64,000 bases of DNA from Eledone cirrhosa (GCA_964016885.1 OZ024751.1:41974001-42038000), one strand, 5' to 3'; positions 1-12,627 are shown, counted from the first letter of the stretch. Notes: generated by a model not told the origin, from the letters alone. Made by a program: numbers and translations.

Positions 1-505
1 ATACTGAGAAAGGTGCACAAAATATGTGATGTAACCCAGGAAGTTGGTGATACTTAAAGAAATCTGCTCTCCGCTCTCGGGAGGAGTGAAAAACGTGAGC
101 GACGCGATTAAGTGAAATAGTAAATACGGCACAAAAATAGTTAACACATAGTAAATTGATTTCCGCTTGACAGATAAAATAAACATTATATTGTTAGAGA
201 TGTTTTTCTTATTGCATGTCAGGAAATTAAAATTCGGTTTATGCCAGTTCTGACGGCTATCCGCTTTTTTGTTATCTAATTTCTTGAAATCCTTGGTACT
301 TATGGCATCCTTCTCCATGTTCGGAATCAGATTTTGAAGAAGGGCCGTGCTTTTTATGTCCAGTGCGCATGTCTGGTTATCGAATGGAAATGATGAGAAG
401 TTGAGAATACAGAACGTTACAAACTTGTGGTAGATGATAGCTGACATATTGCCATCGTAGTTTACTTTCACTGTGTCTACTTTAATATTATGTGGTGATT
501 CAGCA
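1..505 (-). CDS. nAChR-like Cys-loop ligand-gated ion channel subunit, exon 5 (Cys-loop, loops B/C, M1, M2); continues beyond window start
   Basis: Open frame 504->1: AESPHNIKVDTVKVNYDGNMSAIIYHKFVTF-CILNFSSFPFDNQTC (C-x13-C with FPFD)-...ILSVKRKSIYYVLTIFVPYLLFHLIASLTFFTPPESGEQISLSITNFLGYITYFVHLSQY. AG acceptor at 507-506 is phase-compatible with exon 4 (AG+T=Ser, giving 'NSAE'). Confidence 0.93.
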
Positions 506-514
506 CTTTTTCAT

Positions 515-869
515 GAGGTTCAAGTTCAAACATATAGATGAGGTCCAAACATATAGATGAGGTCCAAACATATAGATGAGGTCCAAACATATAGATGAGG
601 TTCAAACATATAGATGAGGTCCAAACATATAGATGAGGTCCAAACATATAGATGAGGTTCAAACATATAGATGAGGTCCAAACATATAGATGAGGTCCAA
701 ACATATAGATGAGGTTCAAACATATAGATGAGGTCCAAACATATAGATGAGGTCCAAACATATAGATGAGGTTCAAACATATAGATGAGGTCCAAACATA
801 TAGTTGAGGTCCAAACATATAGATGAGGTTCAAACATATAGATGAGGTCCAAACATATAGATGAGGTCC
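515..869. repeat. 19-bp minisatellite (GAGGTCCAAACATATAGAT)n, ~18 copies, with a 57-bp higher-order period
   Basis: Unit directly visible; the 'ttc' variant recurs about every third unit. Confidence 0.95.
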
Positions 870-976
870 AGATCGGTGGTGAAGGTGGTTGGTAAGGGGA
901 TGAAAAAAAGAAAAATATACAAAATTAAGAATAGAAGAAAATGTAATCACATGCACATACATACATACAGACAGAT

Positions 977-1015
<39 letters not shown>

Positions 1016-1385
1016 CACATACATAAATACATACATACGCACAGACATATATATATACATACATACATACACATATATACACACAGACATATATATATAT
1101 ATATATATATGCATACATACATACACATACATACACACAGACATATACATATATATATATGTATGTGCCCATCAGTGTGCAATGCATGTGTGCGTATATG
1201 TATGTGTGTGTCGGCACGTTTATATCTATAGACATCAAAAGGTATGCAAATTTGTGTATATTTGTGTTGCACCATAGAACATGTGTGTTTACGTATGTCA
1301 TTGTGTTTATATGTGGATAGAGATGTATGTAGGATGTATGCTGATGTAGGTATGTATGTTGACGTGTGTATGTTGTGGGTTCGTC

Positions 1386-2335
1386 TTAGGGAGAAGTGTT
1401 TAGACGGGGTCCGTATTTGTTAATAAAGTGATATTCCTTGCTGATGCGCTGGGTGTGGGTGGCATTATCTTTAAATTTGTAGAGGGGAAAGATTCTGAAG
1501 TTGGGATGATTTTGGGCGGCACAGGTATCAATGTGTTCACTCAGTGGTATTTTCCTGTATTCCCGTATTTTAATTTGGGATCTATGGACAGTTATGCGTT
1601 GGCGGAGGCTGTTTTTGGTCTGGCCTATGTATTGTTCTCGACAACCTGAGCAAGTTAATACATATATTAGATTTTCTGATGCGCATGTGAAATTGTGTTT
1701 TACTATAAAACGTTGTCCTTCTTTGAAATAGAATTCCGAACCCTCTATTAGATTGATGCATATGCCACAGTTGGGTCTATCGCATTTTTTTACTGTGGGT
1801 TTCGTTGTTGTGGTTGGCAGTACTTTGGCATGTGTTAGGATGTTTTTCATTGACTTAGATTGTCTTTTGCTCTTTATGATATCGTGTGTTCGTAGGATTT
1901 GGTTCATTCTATGGTCCTTTTTTAACACAGGGATGTTCTGGAGGATGGTGTCAAAGGCCTCATTGTTGAGGGGTTGTGTGTGGAGATGTATGGAAGAGCT
2001 TTTAGTTTCGGTTGATTTACTTTAGGGTGTCTAAGGTCCTGGGTACTGAGTTTTAGGGCACGTTGGATTCCATTGTCAATTAGTGATGCAGGGTAGTCCC
2101 TGCCTATGAGTGTGTCCTTTAGTTCTTGTAGCCGTAAGTAACAGGTGTTTTTATTGGAGACTATAGTACAGATTCTCTTGGCTAAGTTGTAGGGAATATT
2201 AATTTTAACGTGTCTAGGGTGGCAAGAGTTGAAAGGAAGATATTGCTTGGAGTCTGTGGGCTTGTAGTATATGTCTGTTTCTATTTTTTTGTTATGAATC
2301 TTAATGAGGATGTCGAGGAAGGGGAGTTGTTGACA
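1386..2335 (-). mobile_element. Penelope-like retroelement 3' fragment (RT thumb + GIY-YIG endonuclease), frameshifted
   Basis: Minus strand reads LPFLDILIK...TDIYYKPTDSKQYLPFNSCHPRHVKINIPY (PLE RT C-terminus). ORF 1386-1928 has CxxxxCxxC, 'NLIYVLTCSGCREQYIGQT...LRQRITVH' and terminal 'E..FI..Y.P.LN'. Confidence 0.92.
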
Positions 2336-3204
2336 CCTTTTATTATTAAGGTTTTTGATGTTCTATTGAGAGAATCGTTTTTACTGAAAATATCGAATAA
2401 TGTACACCATTTTTACCAGTATCACAAAAATACTGGTCCACCCACACACACACATACACACATATACACACACACACATATATATACACACACACATACA
2501 CACGCGTACACTAACATACAAAGAGACATATACACACACACACACACACTTCTCCGTATAAAACAAGAGCTGAAAAATATCTTTTAACATGTTAAAATAT
2601 CCCCCACACACGTACAGACACATTCCTACTGACCGATCCCTCTACCACGAATTACTCTGCTACACACACACACACACACTTGTCTTAATAGGCACCTGAA
2701 CTGTTGACCTGTCAACAAACTGCAATTCACACACACATCCCTACTAACCATTATCACAACAACGAACCTCTTTACTACTACTACTACACACACACACATA
2801 TTTGTCTTAAAAGACTTATTTTTTAGTGACTTCTCAATCAGCCGAGGCAAACCTACATTTGGCGCAAAATCAATTTGTAACATTCACATGACCTCTACCG
2901 ACCAATCAAAATTGTTTTGACCACAAGAATTTTTGCAACACGAATTGGCGCGAAACTTATTTTAATACATCTGGAGCCACTTTTTTCACATAAAAACAGG
3001 TAGAATTTCCAAAACTAATCAGATTAGAGCAAACATCACGGGCGCTCTATCTCAAAATTATTTTTGAAAAGCATTAGAAATGCGCAACCGGTAAAAACTT
3101 AAAACCAAAACTGAATACTAACCAATACTATTACTAATTTTTACTTATTCCTAATTAAACTATTTTTCACTGGAACAATTCGTCAGCACTTTCTTTTCCT
3201 TTTA

Positions 3205-3258
<54 letters not shown>

Positions 3259-3312
3259 CATATACACACACAGGTACAATATAGATAGTGATATGAATTA
3301 ATTATACGAAAC

Positions 3313-3422
3313 CTGTTGGCCACAACTAAATATGGTGTCCAGATGTCCTTGGAAGGGACCCTCATCTCTTTGATACCTCTGTGATTTTCAGGGTCCCAAC
3401 TCATGTCGCTGTCTCTCCATTC
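3313..3422 (-). CDS. nAChR-like subunit exon 4 (110 nt)
   Basis: cag|EWRDSDMSWDPENHRGIKEMRVPSKDIWTPYLVVAN-AG|gt. Matches the W.D..L.W.P / IW.PD motifs and the conserved 110-nt nAChR exon. Confidence 0.93.
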
Positions 3423-3469
3423 CTGTGAAGATATAAGGATCAATACTACTATTACTACTAATAAAGGTT

Positions 3470-3680
3470 TCTTATTTAGGCACAAGGTGAGCAATTTTGG
3501 GGTGAGGGAAAAGTCGATGAAATTGACCCCAGTGCGTGACTGGTACTTTATTTTATCGACCCCGTAAGGATGAAAGGATAAGTTAACCTCGGCGAGATTT
3601 GAACTCAGAACGTAAAGGGCCAAAACTCTATACTACAAAGCATGGTGTCTGACGCTCTACCGATACTGTCAATCCAGAGC
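3470..3680 (-). mobile_element. tRNA-derived SINE (family A)
   Basis: A-box-like head, GAGTTCAAATC B-box and core CCTTTCATCCTTACGGGGTCGATAAAATAAAGTACCAGT, repeated more than 10 times in the window. Confidence 0.8.
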
Positions 3681-3695
3681 CCTACAATAATAATA

Positions 3696-4040
3696 ACACT
3701 CTGTAAAGTATTAGTGCTGGAGTCATGATAAAAGACACCCAGTACACTCTGTAAAGTGTTAGTGCTGGTGTCATGATAAAAGACACCCAGTACACTCTGT
3801 AAAGTATTAGTGCTGGTGTCATGATGAAAGACACCCAGTACACTCTGTAAAGTATTAGTGCTGGTGTCATGATGAAAGACACCCAATACACTCTGTAAAG
3901 TATTAGTGTTGGTGACATAATAAAAGACACCCAGTACACTCTGTAAAGTATTAGTGCTGGTGTCATGATAAAAGACACCCAATACACTCTGTAAAGTGTT
4001 AGTGCTGGTGTCATGATAAAATACACCCAGTACACTCTGG
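3696..4040. repeat. 48-bp minisatellite, ~7 copies
   Basis: Unit ACACTCTGTAAAGTATTAGTGCTGGTGTCATGATAAAAGACACCCAGT. Confidence 0.95.
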
Positions 4041-4175
4041 AAAGTTGTAAAACTAGTGTTACGATTAAATGTTACGATTAAATCCACATACAGTAACTAT
4101 AGCAACAGTAACTATAGCAACAATAACTCACCCACAAGAAACAGTTTCCATAGCAACAGTAACCAAGGTACTCAC

Positions 4176-4220
4176 CAAGTATAAAATCCCATTTATATGC
4201 ATTAATTCTTTGTCCTCAAC
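4176..4220 (-). CDS. nAChR-like subunit exon 3 (45 nt)
   Basis: tttcag|VEDKELMHINGILYL|gtgagt. Phase 0/0; a 45-nt exon at this position is characteristic of nAChR genes. Confidence 0.9.
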
Positions 4221-5280
4221 CTGAAATATGGAAAATATATTCTACATGTATGTCAACCCACATTAATTACAGTTACAGAGGGAAGACGGGGACGACAAAG
4301 GTTATCAGGCCTCGGCTTTCGTATTACATAGTTTATATATATATATATGCATTTGCAGTGAACTTTGATATAAAGGTATGGCACTTTGTATGGAATATTC
4401 AATTGTAGCACTATATAATAGGGAGTAATCAACTTAATATAGATACCTTTAGTAGGTCATGATAGAGTAGACTGTATTTAAAATTGGAAACTAGATATAA
4501 ATGTATAACCGTCTATATAAGGGACTCAATAGAGGCGCCTTATAATGTATGTTAGAACAATGAATTTAGTTATGAGATTCAGCTAGTTACCTCCCCTTGC
4601 GCATTAACTCCCCTTAATTACACACATACTTCCGGGTAATATACCGCTGTAAATTCTCGCAGCAGAATCAACCTATTCTATAAACTTGGATTAAATAACA
4701 CTGAGCCTCAATACGCTAAAATAATTTAGTTTAATGCATCAAACATTCAATACGGAATCATCGTTACTTATGTGATGGATGTGAAAACTATATCTTACTT
4801 TTTCTGAATGTGAAAATGGTGGTGGTTACGAAAACTATAACTTCTTTTGCTTCTTCTTTTTATTTTTATTTTTCTGCACACATACTTCTTTGTTCTATAC
4901 AAAAAATACCTTACCACTACAACCACCATAATAATCTTGCTTACCCGCTTAAAGTGCTTGCATTGCATGTAACACCCTGCCACACAATAATAGTATAAAA
5001 ATGAGACACACTTGCATGCTCCATGTGTAACTAACGCATACACTACCTACTAGATCTGGCTATCAAACTATCCTCTTGCATTATCTGTGTTATCTGCCGA
5101 ATGTATTTTCATTTTGATTTTTATTTTAATTTTGATTTTGATTTTGATTTTGAATTTGAATTGCTGTACAAAAATAGTATAGTATAATATATGTCACTCC
5201 ACTGTACATCAATATATATATATATATGTATGTCTCTTGCGTTGGAAAGGAGGTCAATTATGTGTACAAACATTGAAAAA

Positions 5281-5327
5281 TACTCCGAAGAATCCAAGCC
5301 TAGGTTTGGATGAAACAATTGTAAGTG
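5281..5327 (+). ncRNA. Hammerhead-ribozyme-like motif (type I, CCGAAGA core variant)
   Basis: TACT-CCGAAGA-ATCCAAGC/ctag/GTTTGGAT-GAAA-CAATTG-TA-AGTG: stems I and II pair, stem III is palindromic. Confidence 0.6.
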
Positions 5328-5362
5328 AATAAATGCTTTGAACATAGCTTTGATTCTTGTGA

Positions 5363-5399
<37 letters not shown>

Positions 5400-5402
<3 letters not shown>

Positions 5403-5598
5403 CCAGTGGAAAGGCAATGGCTGATACATTTTGGCACCAGTGATGTCATAACTCATTTCTACAGCTGAGTGAACAGGAACAACATTAAATAAAGGTTCTT
5501 ACTGAAGGACACAACACAGAGCCCAGTCCGGGGAACGAACTCACAAACTCACGATTATACGCCCAACGCTTTAACAACTAAGCCATACGCCTTCACAG
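5400..5598 (-). mobile_element. tRNA-derived SINE (family B)
   Basis: Head GGCGTATGGCTTAGTTGTTAAAGCGTTGGG...GTGAGTTCGTTCCCCGG, then TGTGTTGTGTCCTT...CACTCAGCTGTAGAAATGAG. Relatives near 40.0-40.3, 49.1-49.6, 51.85-52.0 and 61.5-61.7 kb. Confidence 0.75.
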
Positions 5599-5621
5599 TA
5601 TATATATATATATATATATAT

Positions 5622-5713
<92 letters not shown>

Positions 5714-5970
5714 TGATAGATATGTTTCTTTTATTTGCCACCAGGGCATCAAAAGTGGGGGAGTTTACACACAAAGGCGTCCTCAATAAGGAGGAGGCAA
5801 TAACAAAATATAAAAATAAAATAAAATATAACAGAATAAAATTTATAACAAAATCCTCAATAGAGAGGAGGCGCCTTGGGGGGTCGCACACACCCCCGAA
5901 AAAAAGTGTGCAACCCTTTTCCTCAGGAGCACAGAGAAGGGGTGCTCCCTTGGTCTTTCATCTTCCTCAC

Positions 5971-8900
5971 CTATAGTCTGATGTAGAGTGAAGGCCCATT
6001 CACACGGGCCATTCTCGCCACTTTCACCCATCTTTCATAAAAACGGCTGGGGTGCAGCACCTCTCTCTCCATCCTGATCCTTCTTCCGAAATGATATCGG
6101 AAGAAACGGACCAGTTGTTGGCCAGAGAGAAAGGTGTCTGACCTCAGTCCTTTCAGACGCGTCCACCATACAACCTCTTTCGCCATGGCTATTACGCACA
6201 GAAACACCGCCTCTCCTTCGTTTTTGAAGAGGGGATGCGGCTTGATCGTTACAATAGACTCGGTGGTCAACCGGATCGGTCCCACCCTTGACAGCAGTTG
6301 TTCGACATAGCCCCACAGATCGGCAATGCCCGAGCAGTGTACCAATGCGTGTGCAACGGTTTCCTCGTCGCACACGCATCTGGGACAGATCTTTTTCGAG
6401 GGGTCCCTACCCGGGCGCCCGTGTCTGTAGAGCCTTTCTCGAACGGGCAGAGCCCTTCTGTAGCATTGCCAGGCCAGGGACCTCTGGAAGTTATCCATGG
6501 GTCCCGGGCTGAATGTCCTACCGAACAGGTTGGCCAGTTCGTCTTCCTCCATGCCTAGGGCTTCTCCGAGGGCGTCATCGCACCTGCTAACCACCAGCCC
6601 TCTATAGAATGACGAGGTGGATTCTCCACTGACAGCCGGGTCCGCCTGCCAGAGAGCCATGAGCGCCTGGGCACACTAGGTGTGCCAGGCGCCCAGTTTT
6701 CTCGGTCTTTGCTTGACCCAGGATTGCAGCTCGGTGAGTGAGACGAGTCTGGGAAAGGCTCGCCTCACAAACGGGACCCACACCGGTTGACCGGAGAGGA
6801 ATACCTGAAGGTGCCGTAGCCTTAATGCGTGTTTACGTATCATTAGCCACGGCATCCCCAGCCCTCCTTTCGAAGGGTGTTGACAGCATATGGATCTCCT
6901 CACCATAGGAGCCCGCTTCTTCCAAAGGAATTGGAAGAGTGCGCGCTCCATTTTGGCGAGCGTTTCCCTTGGGCAAGGCACAACGGTCAGGCGGTAGTAG
7001 ATGACGGACGTTATATAAGTGTTCGCCACCTCCGCCCGATCTTTCAGGGACAGTTTGCACTCGGCCCACTTCTGGGTCAGTGCAAACACCCTGTTCATTA
7101 CCTCACCCCAGTTCTTCTCCACCTGGAGGTCTGGTCCGAACCAGACCCCGAGCAACTTCACCGGGCCCTCCGTCCAGCGCCCGACGACGCCATCGGAGGG
7201 CATCGATCTGCCCCTCCACGTGCCGAGTTGCATACCGATCGACTTGTCCCGGTTCAGCCTAGCCCCTGTAAACCTTTCGTACTCCTCCAGTAAGGTGCCG
7301 ATCGCCCCGATTTCCGAGGCCGTCGACACCATTACTGTTACGTCATCGGCGTAGGCTGACACCGCTTTCCGCAATCCCGGTTCCAACGGGATTCCCTGCA
7401 ACAACTCCAACTTCCGCAGCAGTGGCTCTAGAGTCATTACATACAGAAGGGAGGAGAGAGGGCACCCCTGTCGGATGGACCGCGCGATTTCGAACGGCTC
7501 CGAGAGGTAGCCGTTCACCTTGACCCTAGAGCAGATGCGGCTGCTGTGCATGGCATTGATCCAGCCCCTGAAAACGGGTCCGAAGCCTGCCGCCGCTAGC
7601 ACCGCATCCAGGTAACCATGGTCGACCCTATCGAATGCCTTAGATTGATCCAAGTTGATCAGGGCCCCACCAAAGCCGGGTTCGTTCCCAACCCTCTCTA
7701 TGATGTATCGCATGAGGTGGAGGTTGTCGTGGATGGACCTGGACGGGATAGCACATGTCTGCTCATCTCCCACCAGGTTACCCACGACAAGCGCCAACCT
7801 CTTTGCTAGCACCTTGGCCAAAATCTGTAACTCTGTATTTAGCAGAGTTATGGGCCTGAAATTATTTATATCGTCCCCCTTGTTCTCGTCCTTCCTCACT
7901 AGCGTGACTACGCCCTTGGTCACAGCACAGGGAATTCTCCCGTTCTGTTGCCAGTTGCAGTAGACCACCTCGAGGAGATCGGGGAACAAGTCCGGCATAG
8001 CTAGATATAGTTCGTATGGAAGACCATCGAGACCCGGGGATTTGCGTTTGCTGCATTGGCTCAGCACGTCCTCTATCTCAGCGGCTGAAATCGGCTCCTC
8101 GCAGGACTTCGCCTCCCTGTCCGAGAGACGCGGCAGGCCGTCGAGGTATGGACCGAAGTCCACATCCCCAACCGGCTCCCCGCCCCTTCCGAACAATCCG
8201 GCAAAGTGCTTTTGAAAAGCCTCGCACATCTGCTTAGGTTCAAGGATCACCCGTCCATCCTGGTCTCGCAAAGACCGGATAGTGGATCTGCTCCCTCTTT
8301 TGGCTTCTGTCACGCGGGCCCAGCTAACAGCTTTGGTCCCCTCGTTTCCCAGAGCACATATTTTGCTTCGGACGATGCAGCCTTCGTGTTTCGCGTCGAA
8401 GAACTGGCCCGGGCCGTTCTCGACGCTAGCACTCTGGCCACGTCGCCGCTTCTAATTGCCTCTTATACACTATCTACCACCTCCCTTTCCTTCCTATTTC
8501 TATTTGAGGCTAACTCCTTACTAAATTCTATAGAGACTACTCTAATCTCTCTTTTGAGAGATCCCCACCACCTGCTGTTGACGATGGCGCCCGTCAACCG
8601 CTCCTTAACTAAAGTGCTAATCCGGTCCCTGTAAGCCTTACTTGCCGGTAAGGACAAGTTGAGCTTCCAGTAACCGGATCCCTGTCTATGAGTTCTGTCA
8701 AGGTTGACCATGCAGGTCACTAACTTGTGGTCTGAATAGCCAACCATGCGCATTTTTGGACAACTTAAAAAGTCCATATCCTTAATTCTAACTAAGAACC
8801 TATCTAGGTACGACCTAGATGATCCGCTACGATTTGCCCAAGTCCAGGTTGGCGCAGTCGGAAAATCTAGTCGATATCTATCGGCCAGGTCAAATCGACC

Positions 8901-9408
8901 GATTAACCCTTTGAGGATATTACACCCCTCTCTATCGGGACAGGCCCCTACGTAGTCCCAGCGTGCATCTAGGATACCATTCCAGTCCTCCACTAATAGC
9001 AAGGAGCGGGACGTCCCTAGAAAAGTATCCAGACGATGGAAGAAGTCCGGCCGCATTGACTCGAAAGGGCCGTAGGCGGCTACCAACCTAAACGCTCCGC
9101 CTTTACCATTGCCAAGGTCCAGAACCACTAGTCGACCCTCCGGGTCCAAATGTACCATCTGTGTTGCGAGACCCAGATGTTTTTTGCAGCAGAACGACAA
9201 CCCCACCCCCACCTCCGGGCTGACAGAGAGATGCGTGCATCTCAAAGTCATCAAAGGTGGGGGCCAGCTGTCGCACGTTGCTGATCCGGGCCTCGCAAAT
9301 AACCATCACATCTATACGTTGTGACCTGAGGTCATTTAGAAGCATTGCTTGCTTCCAAGTTGAGCCCAGGCCACGCGCATTTAAACAGCCTACTCTTAGC
9401 ATGGCCAT
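5971..9408 (-). pseudogene. Tx1-like ORF2 (AP endonuclease-reverse transcriptase-zf), disrupted
   Basis: LNARGL, DWN, YLDRF and SDH endonuclease motifs; KSPGLDG, FRPITLLN, DQSKAFD, QGCPLS and YADD RT motifs; CPRC...HALVHC. Frameshifts near 9180 and 8410; in-frame stops at 8463 and 6676. Confidence 0.92.
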
Positions 9409-9473
9409 GTTGGTGTTGAAGAAAAAAGGCACTTACCTCTCTGCGTCCCGGGTATCGGGCTGCACAATTTCCA

Positions 9474-11252
9474 TTAGGGTGGGGAATGGGTTGTTGGGTG
9501 GGGTGGTGGTTTGTGGAGGTGTAGGGGCATCAGTGTGTTGTGTAGTTGGGGAGTAGTTTGGAGTTGTGTGGGTGTTTGGGGAGGGGTGGGGTAGTTTTTT
9601 AGGAGGACGCGGTTAATGGGCCCGACGCAGGGGGGACCCACGTCCTCTTTAAAGTTGTTTTTTAAAGTTTTATAGGTGTCCTGTGGGGCCTTAATCATTT
9701 TGAGGTGGGGGAAATCTCCTGCCTGGGTGAAGTTAGGCCCTTGGGTTTTTATTAGATTGTTGTTGTACACAATGTTTAACAGTTTTTTGTTTCTTGTGTT
9801 TATGTATGTGTATGCATGTTTTTGTTTTTGTGTGGTGTTTTTTGTTTGCTGTTTTTGTGAGCTCTTTTGTGCTGGTGTCAGTGTTATGTTTTTGGGAGGG
9901 GTTGTTTTCATTTGTGTGTCTGAGGTGTGTTTTCTTTTTTTTCTTTTGATTGTGTGGAAGTGCTCCTCCTCGTCTGACGACGAACTAGGGTCATCTTCCG
10001 CGTTGGAGGGGAGGGGTATATTTTCGGGTTGTGTTTGCGGTGCGGGTGTTTTGGAAATTGTTTTTGTTTTTTGAGTGGGGGGGATGGGTTGGGCATTGTT
10101 TTGTTTTGGTTTGAGCTGTGGTGGTTGTTTTTGTAGTGGTAGTTGTGGTGATTGTGTTGGTTGTGCAGTTGTTGGTGGTGTAGGCAGGATTGGGGTTTTC
10201 TTATTAAGTTGGGGACAGACAGCCCTCAGGTGACCTCTGGTTCCGCAGAGGTAACACGAGGGCCGCCTACCTTCAACGGTAATGTTGATGAAAGTTTGAT
10301 CATCCAGTATGACGCGTTCAGGGATCTGGGCGATCCTTTCGGGCCTCATTTGAACTACAAGTTCGAGGCTCGTTCCACTGAACGCGTCACCCGATGCCTT
10401 TCCCATGGACACCAGCGTGTCATCATCCAGGTCCAGGAAACCTGTCAAAACCCACCATATGTCCATAATCGGCAGGATGGTGTGGATTTTTATTTTTTGT
10501 GTTCTTCTACCCATGTACGTAGGGTAGAAGGTGTATGCGATGGATGTAATTGGTTTTATGGACAGTTTCACTGCTGTGTCCCTGTCCTTCATGAGAATGG
10601 ATAGACTCCCGTAGAGTCTAACCTTCTGAATGAAGGTGATGTCCTTCATGACGTCTTTTAAAACCAGCTCTATCTCATTCTGTGATGGTTGAGCTGGTTT
10701 TTTGCTTTTATTCGAGATTGCCCTAAACATGACAGTGTTTAGGAGTCTCTGGCTTTTTAGTTCCGGGGGGGAATGGATCGTGAATGAACCATTTTCCCCG
10801 TACACTATATATTTTTTGGCATCTGCCAGTAGCTCCTTCGCTTTGGTTATATCTACTGGCAGATAGTCGAGGGTTTTCCTTGCCGTCTCGGCGAAGGAGA
10901 AATTTTTTTTGTTTGTGTTGCTGTTGTAGTTGGTGGTGTTGTTGTTATCATTGTTGTTGTTATCACAGTTATTGGTCTTGTTGTTGTTGTTATTGTTATT
11001 GTTATTGTTATTGGTGTTGTTTTCGTCCGTCGCATTGTTGTTGTTGTTGTTGCTGTTGCTGGTGCCGCTGGTTCTTTGGTTTGTTGCCATGGCAACGTCA
11101 AGTTGTCGGTCAACAGGTGGAGAAAATCCTTCCTCTGGCTGACCTTTCTTTTTGACCTCTGCTACTGTGACAGTGGCAGGGGGAAGCTGTAAGCTTATCT
11201 TCCCCTTTCCTCCTTCGAATTTTGGTGAAGATACTTCAGCCATTTTTATCAA
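9474..11252 (-). CDS. Tx1-like ORF1 (gag-like nucleic-acid-binding protein)
   Basis: Intact 592-aa ORF with poly-Asn tract, 'SFAE' motif, zinc knuckle CYLCGTRGHLRAVC and a Pro/Gln/Lys-rich tail, directly upstream of ORF2. Confidence 0.85.
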   Translation of the reverse strand: MIKMAEVSSPKFEGGKGKISLQLPPATVTVAEVKKKGQPEEGFSPPVDRQLDVAMATNQRTSGTSNSNNNNNNATDENNTNNNNNNNNNNNKTNNCDNNNNDNNNTTNYNSNTNKKNFSFAETARKTLDYLPVDITKAKELLADAKKYIVYGENGSFTIHSPPELKSQRLLNTVMFRAISNKSKKPAQPSQNEIELVLKDVMKDITFIQKVRLYGSLSILMKDRDTAVKLSIKPITSIAYTFYPTYMGRRTQKIKIHTILPIMDIWWVLTGFLDLDDDTLVSMGKASGDAFSGTSLELVVQMRPERIAQIPERVILDDQTFINITVEGRRPSCYLCGTRGHLRAVCPQLNKKTPILPTPPTTAQPTQSPQLPLQKQPPQLKPKQNNAQPIPPTQKTKTISKTPAPQTQPENIPLPSNAEDDPSSSSDEEEHFHTIKRKKRKHTSDTQMKTTPPKNITLTPAQKSSQKQQTKNTTQKQKHAYTYINTRNKKLLNIVYNNNLIKTQGPNFTQAGDFPHLKMIKAPQDTYKTLKNNFKEDVGPPCVGPINRVLLKNYPTPPQTPTQLQTTPQLHNTLMPLHLHKPPPHPTTHSPP

Positions 11253-11469
11253 AATAGGATTTTTCGAAATTTTTCGAAAGATTAAATTTTTACAACACTA
11301 TTTCGCCTAAAGGCGTAGAATATTTTGAGAGACTGACCAGATCAAAGTTTGACCTGGCAGTCTCTCTACAAAATGGTACAAAAATGAAAGTTTACAGTTC
11401 ACAATTTCCAGATAAATTTAAACGAAACTTCCCGAGCGAGCTCAGCACATGTGTCTATCCCAGAGAGAC

Positions 11470-11542
<73 letters not shown>

Positions 11543-11556
11543 AAGATAGATAGATA

Positions 11557-11818
11557 TATTTCTTTATTTACCATAAAGGCATAAAAAGAAGGGACAAATA
11601 CAAAGGGGGGAGTTTACATACAATCGAGTAAAAAGGGTATAAAATGAAAATAATCGAAAATAACCTCAAAAGGGAGGGGACGTGATGGGGGTTACACACA
11701 CCCCCGAAAAAGTGTGCAATCCTTTGCCCGGGGAGCACATGGAGAAGGTGCTCCCCTCTCCTTTACTTCATTACCTACAGGATGGTATACAGAGAAGGCT
11801 CATTTACACGAGCCATTC

Positions 11819-11823
<5 letters not shown>
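11557..11823 (-). mobile_element. 5'-truncated older relative of the Tx1 element, between two (TATC)n arrays
   Basis: Encodes ...MARVNEPSLYTIL* (full-length copy: MARVNGPSLYIRL*) with a homologous 3' UTR ending AATAAAGAAA. Confidence 0.88.
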
Positions 11824-11903
<80 letters not shown>

Positions 11904-11917
11904 TACACTTTACTCAC

Positions 11918-12057
11918 TATGTCAAAACTGTCCAGTATTTTCAATCTTATTTTAATATCAATCCGGTCGCTGTTATCTTCCAAAGGAGCGATATAAGGAT
12001 TAAACCTCGATTTCAAATGTAGTGTTAGATTTAGCTTGGAATTGAAATATGAGTCAC
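11918..12057 (-). CDS. nAChR-like subunit exon 2 (140 nt)
   Basis: poly-T tract ...ttacag|(G)DSYFNSKLNLTLHLKSRFNPYIAPLEDNSDRIDIKIRLKILDSFDI|gtgagt. Phase 1/0; N-terminal helix followed by a 'YN...RP'-like segment. Confidence 0.9.
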
Positions 12058-12299
12058 CTGTAACAGAAAAAAAAAAAAAAAAAAAAAAAAAATATTTTTA
12101 CTGCGAAATATATACAATTAGCTTCTGTTTCCAACCTGCCATTTCTTGATGCAATTGACCTGTTAGGAAACCTCATGTGTGTCATATCCGCAGGTTTGTG
12201 GGGTCATTCGAGGGCTCACAACCGCTCATCACAAAGTTGAATGGATGGCCCTATTCTGTAAAGAAGTGGCAAGTTATAATATATATATATATGTGTGTG

Positions 12300-12434
<135 letters not shown>

Positions 12435-12477
12435 ATATATATATGCATATATAAATATATATATATATATAAATAAG

Positions 12478-12627
<150 letters not shown>

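Larger units (their letters stand above)
5723..11470 (-). mobile_element. Near full-length non-LTR retrotransposon, Tx1/L1 clade, embedded in (TATC)n
   Basis: ORF1 with CCHC knuckle, ORF2 with APE + RT + C-terminal Cys/His motif, 3' UTR ending AATAAAAGAAACA. GATA arrays at 5623-5722 and 11470-11556. Confidence 0.93.
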
